Assembly: GCF_032191835.1 (NCBI RefSeq)
Contig: NC_083232.1
Location: 65,720,001 to 65,784,000 of the forward strand
Source of the DNA: Heteronotia binoei
Taxonomy: Eukaryota
DNA: 64,000 nt
Direction: 5' to 3'
The position numbers and the translations under genes were made by a program. Shown one piece after another: positions 23,301 to 37,394 of this stretch. How positions within the stretch are numbered: the first letter of the stretch is position 1; each line of letters starts with the position of its first letter. The notes under the pieces were generated by a model. The model was not told the origin of the DNA. It did no database searches and saw nothing but the letters and a program-made list of their open reading frames with translations.

Positions 23301-23967
23301 CTGCGAGTCAAGGGGTTTAGGAGGACGTCGCTCTGCTTGGGGTGGCATGTTGGCCACCGACCCGGTCGCTGCAGGGAGCTTGCGAACTGCGTCTCGCACT
23401 GAGCTCACTTTCCTCGGGGGTAAAGTCTCAGGTCATTATGCCCTCCTCAACTCTCCTCAATGAAGTTTCACCTCCGTGAAAAGACGCAGCGCAACCCCAC
23501 GCGACAGCACTCCAAACCAAGCCCATACATTTCCCCGCACGGTGGGTTTCCGCAGACGCTCAGGCGTTACAAAAGTGCATCCCTCCTTTTTGTCCAGATC
23601 TAGAAACCAAAGCGGGAAGGAGCAGCGGAGAGCTACAGGCAAGGAAGAGGCATTCGCTCCGTCCAGTCAGCACCTTGGAGAGGGGCAAAAGCGCTCCAGC
23701 CGGAGAGAAAAGACTGTTCTAGCGAGGAGCCCATTCAAGGCACTTACAGCCTCACCGTACCCCGCAGGACTGCTAGCCTTCAGTTTAGTGAAGCATGAGC
23801 TCTTCCTTGGTATTTGTACCAGATTTAAAGAAAACAGAAAACATGCACCAAAAGAAATCCTCCTAGCAAAACTCTTTTTTTTTTTCGGGGGGGGGGGGGG
23901 GGCGGACAGCCTTTTTGCTTGCATCCTTCCATAAGGACGCTTGTTGCTTAAGAAAGTAACTTTCCAA

Positions 23968-24180
23968 GGGTGTAGCATAGCAGAAAAAAGAGACTGCCTT
24001 AGGAATCAGGAAGTCCCTGGTTCAGATGTCACTTCCATCAATCCAGTAGGTGACTTTAGATAAACATCAGGCTCTCTGCCCCTCTCTCACCAATAATATA
24101 GGGCTAATACTAGCCTACCTAATGGGTGTGTTGTAAAGATTTCAAGGTAATGCATATGAAGCACTTTGAACACTATAAAG
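23968..24180 (+). mobile_element. Old MIR/Ther1-type core SINE
   Basis: Degenerate tRNA head and MIR-like tail CCTACCTAATGGGTGTGTTGTAAAGAT...ATGCATATGAAGCACTTTG. Confidence 0.65.
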
Positions 24181-26105
24181 TATCTTCATTCTCATCATGA
24201 TTAGAATACCTCCACTCTCATTTGCAGGACAATTCTACAGTATTTACATTTCTCCATCAACCTGGAAGAAATGTTAATCCAGTTATTTTTAATTACAAGG
24301 CAAGAAATGCAGAGCAGCCACTAATAGCTTGATTATATTATTAATTATCACATAGTTCTGTCTCAAATGATGTGTTTTAAAGCAAAACTCTTTAAGAAGT
24401 TGAAAATTAAATGACCCCAGCCCTGTAAAATATTTGATTAACACTCTTCATTTTATGCAATATGAATCACTGCACTGAAGCAAGCAAGCAACTTAAAATG
24501 GACGGAAGATTTTAAAAGGCTGCTGTGGAAAAAGGTGGCTTTAAAATTGCAGTTCTTAGTAAAATCACAGTCAAAGCCCACCACATAACACTTGTTTAAA
24601 ATCATGAATTTTCCCCAATCTACACTTTCCCACTTTTCATGGTTTCCAACATTCTGTACAATGTTGTTACTCTTACAACGGAATCCTAAGTAGAGTTACA
24701 CCCTGAAATAGTTCCAGACAAAATTTGGCACCTCTATACATACACTCCCCTTGCTCCATTTCACGCCTAGCTGTACCACTTGCAGTATATCCCTTAGAGG
24801 AGTTATACCCTTCTAAAACCATTGAAGTCAACAGTCTTAGATGAATTGCACTGTTTAGGATTACACTATCAAAACCTAATCTACGCAGAACAGTTCTGGA
24901 AAGCATAAAGATGATGCTCGGGTGTCAAGTCTCTCTAGGGTAGAAGCTTCTATAAGAAGACCACTCTAAGTGGATCTTGTTGTAAAGAGCTGATGCACAC
25001 TGGGTCTGCTTAGTGGCAGAACATGTAAATTGTATGTGGAAAATCACAAGATTAAGATTAGCAATGCCAACATGGATGGGATCAGTGTTATAAGGCAGCT
25101 TCATATGTTTCAACTGGGCAATTGGTCATAGTATGATCAGAAAGATGACACTTTCTGCACAATATGATCTTATCTACGTTTACTCAGAAGTCAGTCTCAC
25201 TGAGTTTAATGGGACATACATCCAAGGAACTGGTGCTGGATTATACCCTTACAAGGCAATCCTATGAAGAGTTTATTCCAGTGAAAAGAATGTACTAAAA
25301 GCAAAGTAACTCTGAACTGGGTTTGCACTAATTAAGAGACTACCCAGAACATAAACATTTTGTAAATTGGATGTTAAGAATAAATGTTCAGTGATCAGGC
25401 TGTTAAAAAAAAATTAAGCACAAAGCCTTTAGCAAGAAAACAGACGGTCACAAATCCTTAAGTAGAACATGTCTTGGCAAGTTCAGACACCAGCCATAAT
25501 CTTGATACTATTTACTCAGGGGGGATATTGGCATTTCAAAGAATTGTTTAGAACATGCAGATGGAAAACTGACCTTGCTGTCTTCAAGCAAGAGCAGTCA
25601 CTGAAGCTGAAAGGAGAATTGGTTTTGAATGCAACTTCCATTCCCAAGACCATCACAATCCATGTTTTATTTCTTTAGCTCCAAGGCTGTGATGCAGGCT
25701 TGAGAAGAGAACAGCTCCCTTCCTGTATGATACCTGACAAAACGACACGCTTCTCTTTCTCAGGCCAATGCATATTCTTGCGACAGTCAGAGGATGGTGG
25801 TGGAATGAGGGCCCATGTTTTGCAGGGATCTCTAGAATGTGGTGAGCTCAGCATAGCAGTGGCCACTCCAGCCATGTCCTTATACCCCAGCCTTGGTGTT
25901 CCAACTGTCAAATGGAAGTATGACCTACCTCACTGGGTTATTGCATGGGCAAAACATGACTTTTGAAAGTAAAGGCACAGTGTTAATTACTGTTACTAAT
26001 AAAGTCATTGTTATCAACAGATTCTACTACCGTTATCAAAAATTGCAGTAATAGCATTTATATACTACCTTTTCCAGTTTGGAACTCAAGACAAGTATGT
26101 AAAGT

Positions 26106-26285
26106 GGGGCTGTGGCTCAGTAGTAGAGCATCTACTTGGCATTCAGAAGGCCCTGGGTTTGATCTCTGCTATTTCTAATTAAAAGGATCAAGTAGTGATT
26201 GATGTGAAATACCTTTGTCTGCTTCAGACCAGACAATACTGACCTGGGTAGACCAAGGGTGTGACTTGGCATGAGGCAGCTTCTT
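26106..26285 (+). mobile_element. tRNA-derived SINE (Squam2-like)
   Basis: GGGGCTGTGGCTCAGTAGTAGAGCATC head, AGACAATACTGACC body, GAGGCAGCTTC tail. Confidence 0.78.
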
Positions 26286-28569
26286 GGCACTCTGTCCAGA
26301 CATTAACCAGCCCCAAGGCAGCCACTCTAGGAGATCTGTTGCATATGCACTTCCTGAGCAGTAAGTGGTATGGCTGGCCATGGAATGGTTGTGCTTTCTA
26401 CTTTTCAGGCAAATAATAAAACATTTTGAATGCAGGGCAGCCTCTTGTATTTTATCAATTTGTGACTCACAGTAAAAAAAAACAATTCCGCTTCCTTAGT
26501 AGAGCCAGGGGAGTGGATGCAGGAGCAGAGCTCAGCAATCTGCTCTGGAGATGGGGCAGAAACTGGGGCAGGCAAATGCTTTCTATTTGCCTCAGCTCTG
26601 AATCCTGAACATTTCTGCTGGAATACATTGTGTTAAGCCTTTCGATACTCCTGGATTCTAGTTTTATTTCGCTTTCTAGAAGTTTGTGTGGTCAGCTGGC
26701 AAATTTACTCTGAATCTGTTTCTTAAATACACACAATATATTGCAAGATAAATGTAAAAAGCCAATGGATTTAGTTGATTCTTCTTGTACTGCAGAGGGA
26801 AATCTTCACTAATTTCCGGGAAAGCAGTGTTTTCATCTTTTTTCCCGGCTGGGCTCTGTGGCTTTGCAAATAGGTGATACTTTATCACTATCACACTTGC
26901 CTTCTATGCAGCCATTCAAAGAGAGTAGCTCTGAAGGTAAAAGTTGGGCCTGTCACTAGAAGGACATACATTCCTCCAAAGACTAAGCTAACACAAGCCA
27001 GACATTCAACATAATTGGAACAGGTGTTAGAAGATGCAAGGCGGGCATTTCCACTACAAGTACTCAGTTAGTTCCAAGAATTTGCATAACATCACTTCTT
27101 AGTCCAAATGACAATCCAGAGCATTAGCAGAGCTGTTAATGGTATTCTATAGGAACTCTGTTTTAACTTCTGTCTGGAACATCTGGTCCTTTCCAAAACA
27201 GAAAGACAGAAATATTTATCCTGGCTAGTTTTAGTATGATACAAAAAGATTTCAAGGTTTATAAATGAACTTATCAGAATTCCCCATCCACCTTGTCATC
27301 TCTCCTACGCCAGATACGGGAAGAAATTCCTTCCCCATTACAACACCTGAAAGCTTCACTGAACTACCCAGCACCATATGCAGCAGATATTAAAAATAAT
27401 CACTATAGCAAAACAGATGACTCAACGATACTCTTGACATACTTTGGAACATCACAGCTGATTATGTCCACCCAGTACAGTGGTGTCAGCACCCATCATC
27501 AGAGATTCTAAATCTGTTTTCTGAAAAGTAACTGCCAAAGACTACTTCATTCCAGATTGTACAGCAAGTCCGTGTGGTATATGCTGAACTTGGTTGTTAA
27601 CTGTACACTGCCTGGGCAGATCTGTCCTTGTGTCCTCTTGGGGAGACAGTAAGGAGGTCAGTCACTGGGGCCGTTGTGTATTAGTTTCATTTTCCAGGGC
27701 TGTGCATTCAAGAGATTTCAAACCAAAGAGAAGATTATGCAAAAAGCTGGCAGACAAACAAGTCGTTTGTCCAAACACATACATGGACAGTAGAAAAAGC
27801 TTATTTTAGGAAGCTATCCAAGACAGCTGATATGCTTCTAAATCAGACACTAAATCAGACTCTCATTTTACATCATGCCAACCTTGTGAAGCAATTACGC
27901 TAAAAAGAAGAATCACTTTTCCATGGCCACTCACTGAGATTTAGAGCTAGAAGACCGGTAACTGTTGTTGTTGGTTTTTCCCTGCCCACACATGATACTG
28001 TTTATATGAGAGATATTTTATGCACAGATGCTAAAACTTCCCTGTGTGCTCTGATGCAGTCTTGTGAATGCAGAGAGCCTTAATCATTTCAGTGCAATCC
28101 CCCCCCACACACACACCAATACACTTGCTGATTAGTTCCCTTGGTTGAAATTAATGGTGCAACTATGCTTGGTGGAGGTCTGTGAGTGGACACCACAGGT
28201 AATGGATCTGGAACAGATCAATGTACAGCAGTGAGAATATTGTGTATTCTACTTTCTCTGGTCCTTGTTCAGTGTACAAGTTAAGCCAAGGTATTGGTTG
28301 TAGCCTTTAAAGCCCTTCACAGCCTAGGAGATATATATCTAAAGGAGCTCCACCCCACTTGTCCCAATGCTTCAACTACAGTATTCAGGTCCACCTGAAT
28401 AGCTGTTTACCTATTGGTTGCTTCCTTATTTATTACATTTTAGAATATTTTGCATGTTTTTACATTTGGAAATCCAAGCCACCTTAACTACAAGGGAAGG
28501 GATGGATATACATATTTAACTGAATCAGAAAAGAAATCTGAGTCAGATGGGATTACACTACCACACTGA

Positions 28570-28750
28570 AAGCACTTCCCATTACATTAGTGTAGTTATC
28601 TTCAGAATAGTGTAAAGTAAATCAGGATTGTTATTCCCACATTACAAATGGGAAACTGAGCAGATTGCCGAAGGCCACCTAAGGAGTTCCTAACAGAGGT
28701 GAGATGTGAACCCTTGAAGGGCTTCCTGATACACAACACAGGCTCTTAGC
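28570..28750 (-). mobile_element. Old MIR/Ther1-type SINE fragment
   Basis: ATTCCCACATTACAAATGGGAAACTGAG is the reverse MIR core. Confidence 0.55.
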
Positions 28751-29339
28751 AATTCAGTTTTACCAGAGTGAAAGAACTTTCGAATTGACTTTGAGGCCAA
28801 GTTTGAAGCGGTGGTTGTCTGTCTGAAAAGAGTTGCTCTGTTTAAGACCTGGTCAGGGTGGTTAATGGTGAACTTTGAAGTTAGTTATTGTATATTGCAA
28901 AGACAATGTGCTGCAAAGATCCTATTCGTTTGTTAATTGGAACCATCAAGAGGCCCGTCTGCAGACAGAAGACATAATCTGTTTGTACACATTTCAGAAG
29001 CTTCAGAATGACTGGGTGAGGTGCCCGAAAGGATGAAGACCGTGTGAAGCCCTCCCCCCATTAACATTTTTCAGATTTCCTCTGCATGAGGAAGCAAAGC
29101 CAGTTGAAATGGGATCTTTCATGTAAACTGGTTCAGTGATGATCTTTTGCAGCTGCTGTTACTTCAAGTTAAGGGCAATTAAATAGGCATATTTCTTATC
29201 TATGCAATTCAAAATGGTAAAATGAGGCTTTTAGAGCCAGTTCACACAACTATTTCAGGGCACAGGGCTATTTTAAGAAAAAACCCAGCCCTGCCTTTAA
29301 GGCCAGTTGGATATGCAGCTAATTAAAGCAAATAAATTC

Positions 29340-29465
29340 ATTCATTTATTTATTTACCTCATTTGTGCTCCACCTTCCTCCCTGTTGAGGACCCAAAGTG
29401 GCTTACATCATTCTCTTCTCCATTTTACCCTCACAACAACCCTGTGAGGTAAGTTGTAGTCTGAG
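29340..29465 (-). mobile_element. Squam3/Ther1-type SINE 3' fragment
   Basis: CCATTTTACCCTCACAACAACCCTGTGAGGTA and (TTTA)n; similar fragment near 45420-45550. Confidence 0.6.
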
Positions 29466-29536
29466 GATGCTCTTGAACTGATTTTAAGGAGACTCAGAGG
29501 CCAAATTAACTTTTGCATTATTTGTGGTTACCTAAG

Positions 29537-29620
29537 TTGGAGCCTTCCTCCAACTTAAATGGCTCTTCCTCTAGTGGACCCACTAGAGGAAGAGCCATTT
29601 AAGTTGGAGGAAGGCTCCAA
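29537..29620. repeat. Perfect palindrome, 41-bp arms, 2-nt spacer
   Basis: 29537-29577 is the exact reverse complement of 29580-29620, checked base by base. Confidence 0.97.
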
Positions 29621-31409
29621 ACTTTACTGAGCAGAGGATACAGGCCACCATCTTTTACTCCAGGTAAGTGCTTGTGTTCTTCAAGGGACTGCTTTGCATT
29701 CAAGAACGAGATACCCATTCTGAATCAAACTGCAAAACAAAATGGAGTGTCCGAAAGGATCAAATTAGTGGTGGAAGCAAAAGCTATATAAATCATCAAG
29801 AGACTGGCTGGATGGTCACAGAGAGTTTTGTCAAGGGTTTTAAGTCAACTAAAATCAATTCATCCACTTTATCTGTTTTGAACATACCAGAGATGCAGCC
29901 AAATATGTCACAAATGGTTAGAGTTGCCTGGAAACCTTCAAGGTGTCAATTGACTGTATTTTTAGGTACAGGAATGTAACATGGACATGCCGGTTTCACC
30001 AGTGATTTTTTTTTAAAGCAAAACAAAACAAATGGACTCGGCAATATACAAGGGAATAAAAATATCATGAGAGTGAAGCTGAGTTGAAGCAGGGTAACTC
30101 AAAATCAATATTTTGCTTTTAAACTCTTAAGGGGAGGCCCAGGAGGGCTGCACTCATTTTGTCCTCCTTACTTATTATCCTCAGAGGATTGGCTGAAAAG
30201 TGTCAAGACTGTTCCATACTTACAGCTAGGACATTCCTCACCGACAAGCCACTTGTTATACTATTTTGCTGCAGCTTTACCCCAAACTATGGGTTTAGGC
30301 AGAGTATAAAGTTGTACCTTTGGGCAGGTGGAGCATGGCTGAGGCATCACTTCTAATGTATTTTATGTCTGCATAAAATATTGTTGAGGTGCTAGGGTCT
30401 TTCACGCCTAATGTGGACAGTTCTCCACTTGGCTGCTTTTGGCATACTTAACAGCCTCTGTGAATGGCTGCTTTGCAAAACATGGGGAGGAAAGAATTTG
30501 TACAGCGATGACAGCATTTCCTGTGAAAGGGAAAATCCAAAACATACTTCCCTACACATGGAAGCTAGTTTCCTACTCCCATGGTCGAGCTTGTGAAGGG
30601 AGAACCAATCCTCAGAGAAGCAAAAAGTGGGGGGTTGTTGAGTAATCCCATGGATGTACAAGATGACCTTCACCCAGCACTGCAGCCACCAGACCCCAAA
30701 AGGGTCAAGGGACCCTCATAAACAAAATGCTGCACAAGGGGCTGCCAGGAGGACAGGGAAGGGGCAAAGACAGAGGAGGTTTTTAATTGATCCTTCGTCC
30801 TCCTCTGCAGCAGCCCACACTGTGGTGAATTTTGTCTATAAAGGTTCCCAGTCCCCAGCAGAAGTTTCTTGAGGGGAGGTGTAGGGGGTGGGGGGGGGGA
30901 GAGCGGAAAGCAAGGGAAGATTCTTCTGCTCACACAATTATAGGATTCTATCTCAAATCTTTAGCACAAAAACTAGGATGGCCAGTCTTAATTTATTCTT
31001 GTCAGAATTTGGGATTTCTAATGAGTTTTTAAGTTCATAGAGCAAAATTATATTCTCAGGACATTTTAGATAGTTAAGGCATTGACTAAGCTGTGTTAAG
31101 CACAGCTCAAGGAATTTCACTCCATCCACGGAAGTTATAATTTTGCTACTCCCACACCCCAGCACTATATGGGTTCATGGAAAAAAACCTAGTTTTTTCA
31201 TATAGTTTTTTTTAAAAAAAATTACATTAAATAATAGTTTTTAATTCATTGTGAGAGTTCATCATTCCACAACAGAGCTGAGTTAATGGATATTTAAAAT
31301 TGTTCTCCTTCTGTTATGAAAAGAGTTTTTGTGGCACCTCAAATACTAACAGATTTCTTGTAGCATAAATAATTGATCAATTAGAATTTAACAGCAGATG
31401 TAATCATAT

Positions 31410-31895
31410 CACAGAATCACAGAGACGGGACCATCCAGGCCATCTACTCCAACCCTCTGCTCAATGCAGGATCAGCCTAGAGCACCCTTGACAAGTATTT
31501 TTCAAGCCTCTGCTTAAAGACTACCAGTGAGGGTGAGCTCACCACCTCCCTAGGTAGCTGATTCCACTGTTGAACAACTCTTACTGTAAAAATGTTTTCC
31601 TAATAGCCAGCCAGTTCCTTCTCATCCTTAATTAAAACCCATTATTGCAAGCCCTCTCCTCTGCTGCCAACAAGAACAACTCTCTGCTCTCTACTAAGTG
31701 ACAGCCCCTCAAATACTTTAAAGAGAGCAACCATGCCCCCCCACCTCTTCTTCTCCAGACTGAACATTCCCAAGTCCCTCAGCCTTCCCTCATATAGGTC
31801 TTGGTCTCCAAGCCCCTGATCATCCTCGTCACTCTCCTCTGCACCCACTCCATTCTGTCCGCATCCTTTTTGAAGTTAAATAGGGCTTCAACTGG
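31410..31895 (-). mobile_element. CR1 LINE 3' fragment
   Basis: ORF2 C-terminal remnant (RLRDLGMFSLEKKR...ALFK) and TCTGTGATTCTGT-type tail. Confidence 0.85.
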
Positions 31896-34800
31896 AACAG
31901 TTCCAGTTTTGCAGTGGCCATTGTGTTTGTCTTGTACTCTTGTATTTTGCATTGAATGGTCTCAAAGCGTACCTTTTGCATTTTCTGCCTTTAACCTCAA
32001 TGGTCACAATCCCTCCCCTAACTACCTATGTAGCTCTATCTGCTGACTGAGGATTCATCATATGCATCTGATACAACAAGGTCTCAAAAGGACAGCTTGT
32101 GTTACCATAAATGTCTTTAAGGTAATTCCTTTTTTGATTTTGCTAACAGAACTACTCTTCTTGAATTAATTAATCTCTGCTCAAATCTCATCAGGACTTA
32201 GTCCAGGATCTTGTTTTAAATTTGACTACTGGTGTTGTAAGAAAAAGTACTTCTGAGCATGTGCAGAGTGCTTTTGTCTCACCACTGCACATAACTGTAG
32301 TCACCTTCCTTCTGCACACTCATCCTAACTAAGAAGCACCCAGCTTGTCTCTGGGCAGAAACTTAAACCAGGTTTCCGAACATAAAACAATGAGCCTACA
32401 AGATCCTTTCCTGGGGGCGGGGGGGGGGGGGAACACCACTCTTGATTTTCACTCCCCATTTTGCAAACTTCCAGCCACACAAAAATGATAAAATGATACA
32501 TTTTAAACAATTCATCAAATAAAAAATGGCATTTTTTTAAAGTTCTTTTTGATGGTGTCTCAAAAAAACCTTAATTGTTTATAGAAATACGACAAAAGCC
32601 ATTTCCTTCCCCCAAGTTCCACTCCCTGCAGCTTCACTTGCAAAGCCTGACAGACTTTCTCAGTCTGAGCTGAGCTGGAAGTGGCCACTAATTTAACACC
32701 TCTTGGGAAGAAAGACGAGAATAAAAACCAACAAAATCATATAAAAATATTATTTTATGCCAATGTCTTTGCATGCCTCCATAAGTCATGTGACCACCAA
32801 TTATAAGGAGACAGAAAATGTGCCAGTGTATCACAGAAGGCATCAAATTAGAAAGCATAACCATATATGAGTCTTTCCCAGACAAGCAAATTCTAATAGG
32901 AAAGGATCCAGAAGCAAGTTTAGTCATATGAACCATCTGAGGGAAGAACTCAGCTGTGGCCTTGTGCCTCTCTTAGCTTCCAGAACCAGATGCACCAAGC
33001 AGCCATTAGAACATGGAAACATTTCTCTTGTTTATAACAACTTGTCTTTTATTCTGCCATACTGAATAACTTACATCACATGCATGCGGCTCAGATTCAA
33101 GTTTTGTGTATTACATTCTTAGGCGTCCCCTTAAACTTTTGCCATGTCTTATTAACGCATATTTTACAGCTATGTGCACCAGGTGGTCAGACTTGGTCAC
33201 AGCACCCCATGACTGTACACATAGCAGCACACATGTGTACGCACTACTGTGTAATCGGTGTAAACCAGCACTTACTCGGATGTTTAAGTTTACAGATTTT
33301 GGATTGAAGATTAATTTTTAATTGAAGAGGGATGTTCATACACATGTGCTTAGGTGATTGCAAGTGTCTAAATTAACAGTTGCCATGGCAATAGAAAGTC
33401 ATGTGCTTTTGACAGCTACAGAATAAAATCTTTTAATTTCCCCAGTGGAAATCTATGCTCCTTAGACCATCTTTCACAAGGCTGGGACTGCATCTAAGTG
33501 TCTGTCTTGACAGCGATCATATAGGCAGCAGCGACAAGCCCATCCCAGGGGACTGCAGACAGGTCTGTGCGGCAGCTTGCACATGAACCAGTTCCACCTC
33601 TCCAGCTAGAGCCCAATTCATTATTTATTACACTCCCAATGGTATTTGTTCATGTGAGGAGAAAGCTCCTCACCCTGACACAGAGGAGTTGAAAACCAAG
33701 ATTTGCAGCCTGCATCTGATGCCACATCACTCATCTCACCTCACTTCAGTCCTTAAAGCTATCATCGGAGTTTCAGGAGAACCACAGAAGTGAGTCCAAG
33801 AAACTCCCAAACCATTCTTCCCTCTTCCTGTTGATTTAAGTCCCCCTTCCGGTTGCATTACAGTTTCTAAAAGATTGCAAGAGTGGAATCCTAAATTACT
33901 GTTGCAGATGTTTAATTTGCTCAGAGGTGGCATCATACAAATTTGCCAGTAAAAGTTCAGCTTGTTTGGATCCAGGCTGCAGATGTGTGTATTTTACTAG
34001 GCTTGTCAAGCCCTAGTTACTGGCAGTAACTTCTGATCTATTGAGGTCAATGGGCTAGAATGGTATAACCCATTTAGGATTGTCCTGTGAATCTCATTAA
34101 CTTCAATTGATTGACTCCTGTAGGGTAGCTCTGCTTTCACAATGGTGATAGTTCATCATTTAAGCTCACCTTGTAAATCATTTTCCCTTCACACTGGACC
34201 ACTAGGCACAGATAGACAGGGGAGGTGGGGGCGGAAAGACAGATCCCTCACAGAGCACATGATGCATCCAGTAAAGAAACCTCTTGTGTATGAAAGCTCT
34301 TGCTGCAATAAATGACTTAGTCTTAAAGATCCTGCTTTTATTTATTTATTCAAAATATTTATAAATCCACCTTTCTCCTTACAACTGAGGGCCCAAGATA
34401 GATTATAATAATAAAATATAGTAAAACCGTATGCATTGAACTATAAAATACATTAAATTCAAAAGCAATAAATACAAAATAAGGTTATTTTAAGGTAGTT
34501 AATTAACGTAGAAGCCATAGTGTTCGCAGTTCGTAAATGAATAAATACAGAATTCAGTTAACAATATTAAAATAACTAATATACTATTGCCCTGTTCACA
34601 GCAAGAACACACACTCTCTCTCTCTTTTTGCCAACAGTTAAATTAACCCCGACACTCTCCAGGATAATTCAGTCTTACAGACTTGCCAGAAAGCCAAGAG
34701 GTTTGGAGCCCCCCCCCCCCCCCCCAGTTTCTTCAGATAGGCTGTTCCAAAGCCACCAAAGAAGTCACAACAGAACACACCTTAGGCAAGAAGGTGCTGA

Positions 34801-35813
34801 AAACAGACCTTGCAGCTCCTTGGAAATACAGCAGTGCATGCTCTGATTTTCTTGAGCATCCTGGGACAGCAAATATGTCTACTGCATCAAGGTGGGATAC
34901 TGGTCCACTGGCACTGTAAAAGGGCTTGCAAGAGTTTCCTTTTCAACCTGTCTTACTTCTGTCTTTTTAAAAGAATACAGTCTAAGCACATTTGCATGTC
35001 ATGTGGAAGAGATAGAGTGCATTTGCCCTCCGCAAAGATCCTGCCCACATTGATGCCTTTTTCTCATCATCGGTCTCTCACTGGTACCATTTCCCCAACA
35101 TCTTGTTCCCTATGGTGTTACCACAGCTTTGTAAAAAAGTAATTGCTCTTGCACTATAGCTCTATAATGATTTATTGTCACATCTATTTCAAAATTTTAG
35201 TCCTCTGAATTCACTGTTTTTTCATTTTTTAAAAAATGAAATTTACAGCCCATTTTGTTGCAGAGTTATATGGGGGGACAGTTCAAACAGTTTTTCTTCC
35301 AGTTGCCTATAAAGGAATGGGGAGGGGGAAGATGCAAGACAGCTGGAGGGATAATATCTGTATAATATTATGGGTTATAGAGCATGTGTTCAAACCAAAA
35401 TGGCTAGGAGTTGCCATGTGGCCATGATGACCACACCCTTGACAGCCAACATAGAGTCACCGCGAAGCATGTGTGAAAGGGGAAAGTTTTTAAAAAGAAA
35501 AGATGGGGAAACTATGCTGGAAATTTCCAGTGTGGAAGCTCTGTTGCCAACATGGATGCATCTACATTTCCATTGTGGCAAAGGTAATAATGCAGTGAAC
35601 CCACTCCGTGTGCAAACAGCTTTGTACTAACATGTAGATGGGCAAGAGCTGTTTAGTTTTTGCTCAGCTAATCACACCCACAAAGTTTCCCAGAGACACG
35701 CACGCAAAAAGCAGTATTGACTTTAATCAAATCAAATGTTAAAATTACTATTCAATAAAATGATCAAACAATAGTTCAGGCCTAACATTCTTCCTGGAAA
35801 TCATTTACATCCG

Positions 35814-35893
35814 GTGCAATTCCATCCTATGCAGAGTTACTTCTATTGACTTCAGTAGGTTTCAACTGGAGTAACTCTGCATTGGATTGCACT
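35814..35893. mobile_element. Example of an ~80-bp hairpin MITE family (CAATCCTA...TAGGATTG)
   Basis: CCTATGCAGAGTTAC / GTAACTCTGCATTGGATTGCAC; relatives near 24781, 25255, 34020, 41432, 43362, 47644, 48011. Confidence 0.65.
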
Positions 35894-37394
35894 GTCATCT
35901 TTTACCACTTGGAGGGAAAGCACTTTTCCCAGGATGTGATCCTATGAACATTTACTGTGACAGGGTGCCATTTACCAAAGCAGGACTTATTTCTGAGAAA
36001 ACAAGTATAGGAGTGCCTTGTAAAATGTAGAGTGACTTTTAATTCTACCCAAAGTGGCATGTAAAAGTACTTAATGAAGACATTACATTTTTGCAAATGG
36101 TGCTAATATATAATATTTTTTTTAAATGTTAAACCCAGGAAGGAAAAAATGGTAGACAAAAGGACTACATGCAAAATCCTGCAGTGGGAGAATTGATATC
36201 TCCTTTGAAGTGCTTTTATAAATAAAATAAATATAAAAAGACAAGTAACTTTCTCACCTAATTTGCTTGCAGAACTGATAATTAAGTGTTGCTGGCTGCA
36301 TCGCCAGCGCACATTTGTGATACTTGATATTGTGTCTCTGCATATTTAGAAGCTAAAATCGTTTGGCTTTTTGCTGAGTAAAAACATCCATTCTGTGCTT
36401 GCTTTCAAGTCCCCAGAAAATGTCTAGCTCTTGTCTTATAACTTTTCCTTAAAATAGTTCAATAGAATAATCTTCATATTTAGCATTTAAATCTCTCATG
36501 TCTGAGATTTCATGGGAATTATTTATTCTCATTCAAGATTGTGCACTACAGGCTCAACAACTAAATCTGACAAGGTTCTAGTAATACAAAAGTTAGTGGT
36601 CAAATGTCTAAAATTAGGGCAGTGAAATGGGGCTATACACCTAGAAAGTGGGGGGCTAGAAACAGTAGGGTGCTGTCCAAATATTCTGAACAATATTAGT
36701 TTCATTAGTTTGTAATTTTTAAAAACCATGCCCTACAACATCCATATCCTAAAAATGTCTGATGTGGACTGAGCATGCTCATTGTCCTCTAAGACTGGAA
36801 TATTAAGACCAATTAAACATTAGTTAAAACAGTGATCCCAACATGATAACATGGTACCCACCAATGTGTTTGCTAGTGCCGCCTTGCTTCTTTCCCAAAA
36901 TAGCTCTTCCCCAAAGCAAAAAACAGTTTTGGCTTTCCTCCTCACTTAAGCAAGAGGTACTTAACAAGAGCCCCAAGACTGCTGGATCTGCAGAAGTGCC
37001 CATTAGAAATAGTTGCTGCCATCACAGCAGAATGCTTGATTTAGCTCCTACCAACAGTATATAACGTTCCCTCACGGCAGTCATTTTGTGGCAGTGCTTA
37101 CTATACTTTTTCAAAATTCCAAAGATACCCATAGGTTCAACAGGGTTGGAGGATCCCTGAATTAAAGGATGGGAGGGGAGACTGGTCTGTTCAAGATTAT
37201 GGAGGGGAAGATTTAAGGCAGGAGAGACAATTCTCAAACATTTATTACCCCTGCGCAATTCCTCACAGGCTCCAAATTTGTATCTAAAAATAAGGTGATG
37301 CATACTGGAACACAAAAATCCTGATTTTAAACATATGTTGATGGTGTCTGAACTGACTGAGACTGAAAGAGATCTTGTACTGGCAGAAAGTCTG

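Noticed and set aside
33176-33192. CTCF-like CACCAGGTGGTCAG (also GTAGAGGGCAGC near 44950)
   Set aside because: Mismatches at core positions; too weak without data.
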